Assembly (NCBI GenBank): GCA_963766175.1
Contig: CAVXZE010000002.1
Span: forward strand, 204,480-268,479
Source: an uncultured delta proteobacterium
GTDB taxonomy: Bacteria > Myxococcota_A > UBA9160 > UBA6930
DNA: 64,000 bases
Direction of reading: 5' to 3'
Program-made: the position numbers and the translations under genes
Shown here: positions 46,887-54,703 of the stretch, one piece after another
Position numbering within the stretch: position 1 is the stretch's first letter
How the letters are laid out: every line of letters starts with the position of its first letter
The notes under the pieces: generated by a model
Seen by the model: the letters and a program-made list of their open reading frames with translations, nothing else
What the model was told of the DNA's origin: nothing
Databases searched by the model: none

Positions 46887-48251
46887 CTAGGCGCGCTTGG
46901 CGTTCACCAGGCGCAGCGGCGGGGCCGGCGGGGCCTCGGCTTGCGGGGTCTCCTCGCTGATCTTCCAGCCCCGTGCCTCTCGCAGCCGAGCGGCCTTGCG
47001 CCGCGCTACCTTGCGGTCCATGTCCAGTCCATAGCGGCCCAGGAGCGCGCCCAGCTGGTCGTAGTTCTGCTCGATGGTCACCCGGACGGACTCGAAGCCC
47101 TCGCGAATCGCCTGGGCCCGCTTCCAGAATGCCAGCGGGTTGATGGCAAAGAATTCGGCGTCGCTGTCCCGAGGCTCGAGCAGGACGATGTCGCCCTGAA
47201 AACGCCGGTCGGCCAGGTAGCGCTGGAGGGCGAGCTTGAGCCGGGAGTGCAGCAGGGTGCGGAAGACCTGGTTGACCACGACCTTGAGGCCGCGGTCCGA
47301 GAGGTAGCGACCCGCCGAGAAGTACTGTGAACCGCTCTGCTCGTCGTCGATCCGATTCAGGAAGGGGCGAAACGGGTTGTAGCAGATGATCAGGTCGGCA
47401 CCCTTGTCGATGGCGACGTCGATGTTGGCGGTGTTACGGATGCCACCGTCCATGTAGTCGACGCCGTTCAAGCGCGGGGGCTTGTAGAAGATGGGCAGCG
47501 CTGTCGAGGCCTGCACCGCCTGGGAAATGGTGAGGTCGCAGTTCTCGTCGGCCCCGAAGATCACGCGCTCCGCGGTATCCACGTCGCAGGCAGCGATGTA
47601 GAGGCTGCGGCCCCTCTTCTTCTCGAAGGCACGGAAATCATTCGGCAGACGGATGCGCTGGAGATTCTTGCGCAACCAGCGCTCGAGTCCCCTGTTGTCG
47701 AAGAAGCCCGTCGGAATGTGGTTGGTCAGGGCGGGGATCTCACGCGAGGGCGATACGTGCTCGATCAGCTTCATCGCCACCACTTCGGCCCGCGTGTAGC
47801 TGGGCTTCTGCAGGAAGGCGCGCAGACTGGGGGCCAGGGCTTTCGGCAGCTGCGGAATCTGGCGGGCAAGCTCGTAGGCCACACCCGGCGCGTAGGCGAG
47901 CAGGTCGTAGGCGAACTTGGCGGGTCGCTCGACGAACTCGCGCAGGTTCGGCTTGTAGAAATCCATCGGGCTGAGCTGGTCGAAGCGGGTGCTGGTACCC
48001 TCGAGGACCTTGATCATCTCGTCGGGAGTGATGCCGCTGGCCAGGGATACCGCCAGCATCGAGCCCGCCGAGAGCCCGACGTAGAGGTCGAGATCGGCGA
48101 TCTTCCGGTTGACCAGAAAGTCATCGAGCGCTTTGAGGCCACCGACCTTGAAGGCCCCCCCGGACACGGCCCCGCCGGCGAGCACCAGCGCCACCTTCGG
48201 TTTCCCCTTGGGGCGAAAGCCTTCGCTCTTGCGAATCAATGTGAGTCCCAC
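46887..48251 (-). CDS. Patatin-like phospholipase
   Basis: 454 aa, GTG start with an AAGGGAG ribosome-binding site. Oxyanion LAGGAVSGGAFKVG, nucleophile elbow GLSAGS, catalytic Asp in MDGGIRN. Confidence 0.8.
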   Translation of the reverse strand: MGLTLIRKSEGFRPKGKPKVALVLAGGAVSGGAFKVGGLKALDDFLVNRKIADLDLYVGLSAGSMLAVSLASGITPDEMIKVLEGTSTRFDQLSPMDFYKPNLREFVERPAKFAYDLLAYAPGVAYELARQIPQLPKALAPSLRAFLQKPSYTRAEVVAMKLIEHVSPSREIPALTNHIPTGFFDNRGLERWLRKNLQRIRLPNDFRAFEKKRGRSLYIAACDVDTAERVIFGADENCDLTISQAVQASTALPIFYKPPRLNGVDYMDGGIRNTANIDVAIDKGADLIICYNPFRPFLNRIDDEQSGSQYFSAGRYLSDRGLKVVVNQVFRTLLHSRLKLALQRYLADRRFQGDIVLLEPRDSDAEFFAINPLAFWKRAQAIREGFESVRVTIEQNYDQLGALLGRYGLDMDRKVARRKAARLREARGWKISEETPQAEAPPAPPLRLVNAKRA

Positions 48252-48636
48252 GGCACTCCCTTACCGGTTCATCGGCAGATGATGGAGATCACTTGCTGGC
48301 CGAGCGCGGATTCCTTGCCGTGGGGATTCTGGCGGCACGCCGAGGCGTGCATTGGCAAAAGAGCCGACTACCCGCCGCGCTGCGTTAGACTAGCTCGGAA
48401 TCCGTAGCGGGTCGATTGAAGAATCGGCCCAGCTTGGCCTCGATCCCCGGGGTGCCACCGCTCTAGAGGCGAATTTTTGGCGGAAATAGCGGTCGGTGGC
48501 GCCGCCTGGGCCCCCTCGGGAGTTGGCGTCCAGCTACGGCGAGATGCCGCGTCGCGTCGGTCGGGCTGTCTCTTCTGGGAGCGGGAGCCCCACTGTGGTA
48601 CCTATGAGAAGTTGGAGCCAGGGGAAGAGGAACGCC

Positions 48637-49950
48637 ATGAGGGGCGAACCGATGCGCAGCCTTCGGAACGCTGGTTTGCTGCTTGCGACCGCCGCCCTGA
48701 TCGCCCTGTGGCTCACGGGCTGTTCGACCACTGCGACGACGCCCGCCGATCCGAACGCTGATCCCAACGCCAATCCCGGTGGGGGAGCCTCCTCCGGTGG
48801 CGTCGGCACCACCGTGGGACAACGCGCCCAGAGCGCAGTCGAGGGCATGCTGATGGGCGCCATCATCGGTAGCCAGGCGGGTCCCATCGGAGCGGCAGTA
48901 GGCGCCGGCACCCTCCTGATCTACAGCGCCATCACCGGCGAAGTTCCCTTGCAAGGCGGGCGCTCCTCCCGCCCGGGCCGCTCCGAGACCCAGCGGGAAG
49001 AGGAACTCGAGCAACAGATCGAAACCGAGATCGCGCGTCAGGATTCGCTGGAGGCCGAGATCGAGGCAGAGCTCCAGCGCCAGGAAGAACTGCTCCGGCA
49101 GATCGAGCGGGACGAAGCTCTCGAGACCGAGGCCGAAGCCGTGGAAGAGGAGACCGATAACGAGACCCTCGTCGCGCGAGCCGATCCCCGGGCGGCGCCC
49201 GCGGCTCCCAAGGAACGCGACCTCCCCCTCTCCATCTACGACGAAGAGCAACGCACCGTCGCGAAGGGGAAGTGGGGCAATGAAAAGGAGATCGACGTCG
49301 TGGCGCGCTCGCTCGATGCGGACCGCGACGGGAACCCCGAAGAGCTGCGCTACCACGACGCCGCCACCGGCCGCATTCTCCGCAAGGAAGAAGACAAGGA
49401 TTACGACGGAACCCTCGATACCTGGAGCACCTATGAAAGCGGTGTCCTGGTGGAGATCCAGAAGGACAACAACGAGGACGGCGAGGCCGATGAATGGCAG
49501 CGCTACGGCTCCGATGGACGCATGATCGCTCGCGAGGTGGACCGCGACTACGACGGCAGCGTGGACGCGTTCTTCGTCTTCGAAGGCGGTTCGCTGGTCG
49601 AAGAGCGTCACGACGGCAACTCGGACGGCTCGGTGGACCGGATCGTCCGCTACGAGCAACGCGCGATCGTGAGCAGCGAAGAAGACCGGAACCACGACGG
49701 CCGCATGGACACCTGGACCAGCTTCGAGACGGTCGGCAGCAAGGAGGTGATCGTCCGGATCGAGAAGGACACCACCGGTGACGGCAAGCCGGACACCTTC
49801 GAGAGCTACGAGCAGATCGCCGGGAAGCCCACGATCAAGCAGCGCGACGAAGACAAGAACGGCGACGGCACCATCGACGTCCGGTCCGTCTACGAAGGCG
49901 GCAAGCTCAAGCAGCGCGAGATCAGCGACCCGGCCCTGGTACCGCTCTAG
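48637..49950 (+). CDS. Lipoprotein with an acidic coiled-coil and seven Dx(D/N)xDGxxD repeats
   Basis: 437 aa from ATG 48637. Signal LLLATAALIALWLTGC. Gly-rich segment, then an E/Q-rich coiled coil, then ~25-aa repeats (DKDYDGTLDTW, NNEDGEADEW, DRDYDGSVDAF, DGNSDGSVDRI, DRNHDGRMDTW, DTTGDGKPDTF, DKNGDGTIDVR). Confidence 0.6.
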   Translation: MRGEPMRSLRNAGLLLATAALIALWLTGCSTTATTPADPNADPNANPGGGASSGGVGTTVGQRAQSAVEGMLMGAIIGSQAGPIGAAVGAGTLLIYSAITGEVPLQGGRSSRPGRSETQREEELEQQIETEIARQDSLEAEIEAELQRQEELLRQIERDEALETEAEAVEEETDNETLVARADPRAAPAAPKERDLPLSIYDEEQRTVAKGKWGNEKEIDVVARSLDADRDGNPEELRYHDAATGRILRKEEDKDYDGTLDTWSTYESGVLVEIQKDNNEDGEADEWQRYGSDGRMIAREVDRDYDGSVDAFFVFEGGSLVEERHDGNSDGSVDRIVRYEQRAIVSSEEDRNHDGRMDTWTSFETVGSKEVIVRIEKDTTGDGKPDTFESYEQIAGKPTIKQRDEDKNGDGTIDVRSVYEGGKLKQREISDPALVPL

Positions 49951-49954
49951 CCCG

Positions 49955-51265
49955 CTACTCCTCTTGCCCCTTCTCCGGCTCCTTCTCGGGTGTGAGGGTG
50001 ATCTCCTTGCGCTGCTCCTCGCGGAACGCCTTGATCTCAAGCTCGAGGCGCCGGAGCTCCAGGGCCTTGTTCTGGCGCTGGATGTCCTCGAGCTCGCGGA
50101 GCTTGTCCCTGCCGGTCAGCTCGGAGCGCTTGAAGACGAATTCGAACTCCACCGCGCCGCGGCTCCCGTCACTGGCGAGGGCGATCACGCGCACGCGGTT
50201 GGATCCCTCCTGCACGGGCACGTAGCCCTGGAAGCTCCCGTCGGGATTGAGGCGCACGTCGGTGGAGAAGTCTCCAGTGGTGACGTTCGTGAACACCACA
50301 TCCTCCACGTTGGCGAAGGACACTCCCTGGAGCAGCATGATGATGTCGCCGGGGTTCTGCACCGGCGTGTAGGTGCCGAGAGCAACCCTGGCCATCTCCA
50401 TCACCACCTCGGGGTAGGTGAGTGCTCCCCCCCCTAGGGCGTAGGTGTTGATGGTGATCCCCGCGCGATGGGCAACCTGGGCCGCGCGCACCGCGGCCTC
50501 GCTGTCTCCGGGGTCGATCTGGTTGCCTCGACCGCTTGGAAGCGTCGGAGCGCCGTCGGTGAGGAAGAGGATCACCTTTTTCGCGTCCGGCCGCGGCCGG
50601 CTCCGGGCTTCGCTCAGGCCGGAGAGCTCCCGGATGCCGAGGCGCACGCCCGCCGCGAAGTTGGTGGCGCCGCGGGCACCGCGGGCGAGGATCGCATCGA
50701 GGGTGCGGTGGATCTGCGCGAGATCCGAGGTCAGGGGCGCATCGACCCACGCATCCTTCTGATCGAGGTACTTGCGCCTTCCGGTCGTCGGGTCCACCTC
50801 TCCCGCGAAGGAGATCACTCCCACGCGCGCCCGGCGCGCATCGAGTCTCTCGATGAGTGCCCGAGCCGCGGCGATCTCGGCGTGAAGGATCGAATCTTCC
50901 GGATCGGAGCTGCGCTTGTCCGCGGAGTGAGCGGTGGGAGGGAGGAGCTCCAGGAGTGGATTCACTCCGACGACACCGTCTCCGTCCACATCGACGCCGC
51001 TGGCGGATCGGGTCGAGGCGGAGACGTCGATCGCCAGCATGACGTCGTAGTTCTGCGGCTCGTCGCCCTCGGCGGTGGCGTTTCCGGCGATGCGCGCCTG
51101 ATGAACCGGGTTCTCCACCCGAACGCCCGGGCCGGGAGACTCGATCAGGACGCGGACCCGCTCCTCAGCGGCGAGCGGCGAGCCCGGGAGTAGCATGGCA
51201 ACCAGCCCGGCCAGTGCGAGCGTCTTGATGCCCGCGCGGCGCAGGCCATGCCCCGCTTCGCTCAT
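49955..51265 (-). CDS. Secreted von Willebrand factor A (VWA) domain protein with C-terminal coiled coil
   Basis: 436 aa from ATG 51265. Signal ...LALAGLVAMLLPGSPLAA. MIDAS motif DVSAS in MLAIDVSASTRS. C-terminus LRELEDIQRQNKALELRRLELEIKAFREEQ. Confidence 0.7.
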   Translation of the reverse strand: MSEAGHGLRRAGIKTLALAGLVAMLLPGSPLAAEERVRVLIESPGPGVRVENPVHQARIAGNATAEGDEPQNYDVMLAIDVSASTRSASGVDVDGDGVVGVNPLLELLPPTAHSADKRSSDPEDSILHAEIAAARALIERLDARRARVGVISFAGEVDPTTGRRKYLDQKDAWVDAPLTSDLAQIHRTLDAILARGARGATNFAAGVRLGIRELSGLSEARSRPRPDAKKVILFLTDGAPTLPSGRGNQIDPGDSEAAVRAAQVAHRAGITINTYALGGGALTYPEVVMEMARVALGTYTPVQNPGDIIMLLQGVSFANVEDVVFTNVTTGDFSTDVRLNPDGSFQGYVPVQEGSNRVRVIALASDGSRGAVEFEFVFKRSELTGRDKLRELEDIQRQNKALELRRLELEIKAFREEQRKEITLTPEKEPEKGQEE

Positions 51266-51342
51266 CGCGCAACTTCTCCTACGGTTCCGTCCGTCCGCTC
51301 CGGGCGTTGGATGGACTATAGAGCATGGAAATTCGACCTCCC

Positions 51343-52425
51343 TCAAGGTGAGGGGACCGCCTCCTCTTCGGCAGCACCGGGCGAATCCGGAGTCTGGACG
51401 GACTCGACCGCTTCGACGGGCTCCACCTCGGGAGGCGGAACGGGCTTGCGGCTGAAGCGATCCACCTTCCGCAGCAGCGTCACCACTTCCCGGAGCCCCG
51501 CGTTGCTGACCGCGCCGACGATCGCGAGGCTCTGGGGATCGCATTGCTCCAGTGTGTCCTCCTCGGTCTGCCAGTAGACACCCGGAGCTTCGTCGCCGCC
51601 AAACGAATCGTCGCTGACGATCATCACACGCCGGAAGCCAACGGAAAGAAAGGCTTCATGTCCTCCGGGAGGACGCGAGAAGGGCCGATCCGGGGGAAAG
51701 ACCCGCTCCTGACCGAGCTCCTTCGCCGCGTGCTGGAACGATCTGCGGATGACCCGTTCGGAGCGAAGATCGCGAGCGATCACCAGATCCCGATCCCCGA
51801 CCTGATTGAAATACACCATCAGCCGGGTGCGGGAGAACGCACCCTTCCCCTGGAGATCGCGCACCAATGCGCGGCTTCCCAGGAAGCGCTCGTCGGGCGG
51901 TGCCTCCTCGGCGGAGGTGGCGTCGCCGTCCAGGAAGGCGAGCCAGACCGTGTAGGGAATCGGATCTACGCCCAGCACGCGCCCCATCTCCAGGAGCAGG
52001 GCGGCACCGGAGGCCCCGTTGTTGGCGCCGACGTGGGTAAAGCTCTCGAAGTGCCTCGAGTCGAAGGGCGCTGCCAGGACCAGGAGGTCGTCGGACTCCC
52101 CCGGTATCACCGCCAGGACCGACTCGAAGCTGAGTGTCCCGACCTCGCCCTCTGGGAGCTCGTAGTTGACCTCGAAGGGAAGCGGCGCCGGCTCGAGCCC
52201 GATTGCCTCGAGCTGCGCCCGGATGTAGCTCCGCGCCGCCTCCGCCCCGGGGGTACCCGCGACGCGTGGCCCGATCTCCACGAGTCTCTCCAGGTGTTCC
52301 CAGGCCCGCTCGCCCGAGAACTGGGAGGGATCCGGCGCCGGCTCGGCCGGCGGCAGAGCTGGCTTCCCACAGGCCAGGCCGCAAAAGGCCGCCAGTGCGC
52401 AGAGAATCCCGATCGATCGAAGCAT
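51343..52425 (-). CDS. M28/glutaminyl-cyclase-like lipoprotein, metal-ligand motifs apparently degenerate
   Basis: 360 aa from ATG 52425, with a GGAGAAAG ribosome-binding site. Signal ILCALAAFCGLAC. M28-like core VLAAPFDSRHF...HVGANNGASGAALLLE...WLAFLDGD. Confidence 0.55.
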   Translation of the reverse strand: MLRSIGILCALAAFCGLACGKPALPPAEPAPDPSQFSGERAWEHLERLVEIGPRVAGTPGAEAARSYIRAQLEAIGLEPAPLPFEVNYELPEGEVGTLSFESVLAVIPGESDDLLVLAAPFDSRHFESFTHVGANNGASGAALLLEMGRVLGVDPIPYTVWLAFLDGDATSAEEAPPDERFLGSRALVRDLQGKGAFSRTRLMVYFNQVGDRDLVIARDLRSERVIRRSFQHAAKELGQERVFPPDRPFSRPPGGHEAFLSVGFRRVMIVSDDSFGGDEAPGVYWQTEEDTLEQCDPQSLAIVGAVSNAGLREVVTLLRKVDRFSRKPVPPPEVEPVEAVESVQTPDSPGAAEEEAVPSP

Positions 52426-52588
52426 GGCTTTCTCCAGGAAGTGGACCTTGACACCCTCTCGGTGACGCCGCGGCCCCCTCTCGTGAAGGCGGTTCTCCAG
52501 CTGATGCATCATACCGCTGACACATTTTCCTCCCGCGCACCACCTAAATGAATGAATGCCCCATCCCTGGCGGGGCTTCTCAAAGGTG

Positions 52589-52621
52589 GAAGGCAGGGTC
52601 TGCGATGCAGGCCCTGCCTTC
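52589..52621. other. 33-nt near-perfect hairpin/palindrome in a divergent promoter region
   Basis: gaaggcagggtctgc-gat-gcaggccctgccttc: a 15-bp stem with one G-U position and a 3-nt loop. It lies between the M28-like gene start (52425) and the comM start (52676). Confidence 0.6.
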
Positions 52622-52675
52622 AACATGTGGTCCACGCCCCGCCCCTGCCTGGTAATCGGTCCCGCGGAGATCCCT

Positions 52676-54202
52676 GTGTCTCGCATCCTGGGGGCCGCGC
52701 TCTCGGGTGTCGATGGCATCCCGATCGAGGTAGAGGTTCGGATCAGCTCCCAGCTTCCGCGGATCGACATCGTCGGTCTTCCGGAGGCGGCTGTCCGAGA
52801 GAGCGCCGCCCGGGTCCGTGCGGCGATCTCGTCGATCGGGAGAACCTTTCCGGCACGCCGTGTGACCGTCAATCTAGCCCCCGCGGGGGTAAGAAAAAGT
52901 GGTGCAGGTCTGGATCTACCGATCGCGATCGGGATCCTGGCCGCCGATGGGGCTCTGGAAGCGCATCGCCTGGGAGCTCTGGCACTGGTCGGCGAGCTGG
53001 CCCTGGACGGTCGGCTCCGCGCAGTACGGGGCGCCCTGGCGCGAACGCTGTGCCTGGCTGCAGCGGGGGCCCGTCGGGTAATCGTTCCCCGAGAGAACGG
53101 CCCGGAGGCGGGTCTGGCCCCCCGCATCGACGTCCGGATCGCGGAGGATCTCGCGTCGGTGGTGGAATGTCTGGGCGCCGGCCGGGATCTCCCTCGAGCC
53201 CCGAAGGCCGCCGCTGCGAGATCCCCGGGTGCTGCCTCCAGAGTGGATCTGCGCGACATCCGGGGCCAGGCGAGGGCCAAGAGAGCCCTCGAGCTGATGG
53301 CCGCTGGCGGCCACGGACTGCTTTTCCTGGGCCCTCCCGGAACCGGGAAGACGCTGCTGGCCCGAAGCCTCCCCGGACTGCTCCCGGCACTCGACTTCGA
53401 AGAGGCCCTCGAGGTGACGCGGATCCACGGCGCGACGGGTCGCCTGGACCGAGATGCACCTCTGATGACCGAGCGCCCCTTCCGGGCTCCTCACCACACC
53501 GCCAGCCGGGCCGGTCTGTTGGGGGGCGGAGCGCCCCCGCGGCCCGGTGAAGTCTCCCTGGCCCATCGAGGCGTGCTCTTCCTCGATGAGCTTCCAGAGT
53601 TCGAGCGGCGCAGCCTGGAGTCGCTTCGTCAGGTGATCGAGGAGCGGCGGGTTCTGATCGCCCGAGCCCAGGGCACCTCGGAGTTCCCCGCCCATTTTCA
53701 GCTCGTGGCGGCCGCTAATCCCTGCCCTTGCGGCTGGCGGCTCTCGGAGCTCCGGGACTGCCGCTGCGACGATGCCGCCGTGGCCCGCTACGCCGCCCGC
53801 CTCTCCGGACCGCTCCGCGACCGGATCGATCTCCACGTGAGCGTTCCCGAGATCTCCTGGAGCGAGCTCGACGGCCCTCCGGACGCCCCCGACAGCGCCT
53901 CGGTGCGGGCGCGGGTCGAAGCGGCGCGGCGTCGCCAGGCGCGACGGCTCGCAGCCTCCGGAGTCTCCACCAATGCCGAGATCCCCATCAGCGCGCTGGA
54001 TGAGGCGGTGGCGGCCACTCCCGAGGCGCGCGCTCTGCTGGCGAAGGCGGTCGAGCGTCTGGCGCTCTCTGCCCGAGCCGCGCACCGCGTCCTGCGAGTG
54101 GCTCGCACCGTCGCCGACCTAGCCGACGAGCCGCAGGTCGGTCCGGCGGCCATGGCCGAGGCGGTGGACCTCCGAGGGGAGGTGCCCCGGCCGATCGGCT
54201 GA
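52676..54202 (+). CDS. comM: YifB/ComM-family Mg-chelatase-like AAA+ ATPase
   Basis: 508 aa from GTG 52676. N-terminal Lon-protease-like domain (GIPIEVEV...LPIAIGIL), Walker A GPPGTGKT, PHHTAS, DELPEF. Confidence 0.85.
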   Translation: MSRILGAALSGVDGIPIEVEVRISSQLPRIDIVGLPEAAVRESAARVRAAISSIGRTFPARRVTVNLAPAGVRKSGAGLDLPIAIGILAADGALEAHRLGALALVGELALDGRLRAVRGALARTLCLAAAGARRVIVPRENGPEAGLAPRIDVRIAEDLASVVECLGAGRDLPRAPKAAAARSPGAASRVDLRDIRGQARAKRALELMAAGGHGLLFLGPPGTGKTLLARSLPGLLPALDFEEALEVTRIHGATGRLDRDAPLMTERPFRAPHHTASRAGLLGGGAPPRPGEVSLAHRGVLFLDELPEFERRSLESLRQVIEERRVLIARAQGTSEFPAHFQLVAAANPCPCGWRLSELRDCRCDDAAVARYAARLSGPLRDRIDLHVSVPEISWSELDGPPDAPDSASVRARVEAARRRQARRLAASGVSTNAEIPISALDEAVAATPEARALLAKAVERLALSARAAHRVLRVARTVADLADEPQVGPAAMAEAVDLRGEVPRPIG

Positions 54203-54235
54203 GGGGTGCAGTCGAGATGTGCGCGCACTGCTTTC

Positions 54236-54255
54236 GGTGTCCGAAATCGGACACC
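54236..54255 (+). terminator. Stem-loop after comM (no U-tract)
   Basis: ggtgtccg-aaat-cggacacc, 34 nt after the comM stop. The motif ccgaaatc recurs 14 nt downstream. Confidence 0.3.
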
Positions 54256-54413
54256 CCGCGACCGAAATCCGTCACCTCATCGCGACCCCCGAGCCAGGCT
54301 CATCCGCGAACGGTCAGAAAGCGCTGTGATTTCAAGGGCGTTCACGGATACTGGGACCCGGACTCCCGATGGCACGCATCCTGCTTTACAGAAGAGCAGG
54401 CGAGGCGAGCATC

Positions 54414-54629
54414 ATGGGTGCAGTCGTCAAGAGAGTCTCCTCCAACACGCGCTGCCACCCCCGACGGGGGGAGGACAGAATCGACACGACGCTCCTCGAG
54501 TTGGTCCAGGCCATCGCCCGGAACACCAGCGACGAGCGCGAGATCGTCGCCACCGCGCGCCACCTGCTCCGCACCGGCCGCGTGCGCCTGATCGGCAACT
54601 TCCGCGGCCGCCGGCTCGACGCCACCTGA
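54414..54629 (+). CDS. Small hypothetical protein upstream of topoisomerase VI
   Basis: 71 aa from ATG 54414 (86 aa if from 54369). Strong GC3 bias from codon ~20 onward (...IDTTLLELVQAIARNTSDEREIVATARHLLRTGRVRLIGNF) supports coding. I recognise no motif. Confidence 0.4.
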   Translation: MGAVVKRVSSNTRCHPRRGEDRIDTTLLELVQAIARNTSDEREIVATARHLLRTGRVRLIGNFRGRRLDAT

Positions 54630-54651
54630 AATTGCCAGGAACGGCGTCTGC

Positions 54652-54680
54652 TTGACCGCCCTCCTTCCGGAGAGGATCAT
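54652..54680 (+). promoter_or_regulatory. Putative sigma70 promoter for top6B-top6A
   Basis: TTGACC (54652-57)-N17-GATCAT (54675-80), about 25-35 nt upstream of the top6B start. A GGGGGGTG ribosome-binding site follows. Confidence 0.4.
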
Positions 54681-54703
54681 CACGCCGTGCCCGAATCCGG
54701 GGG

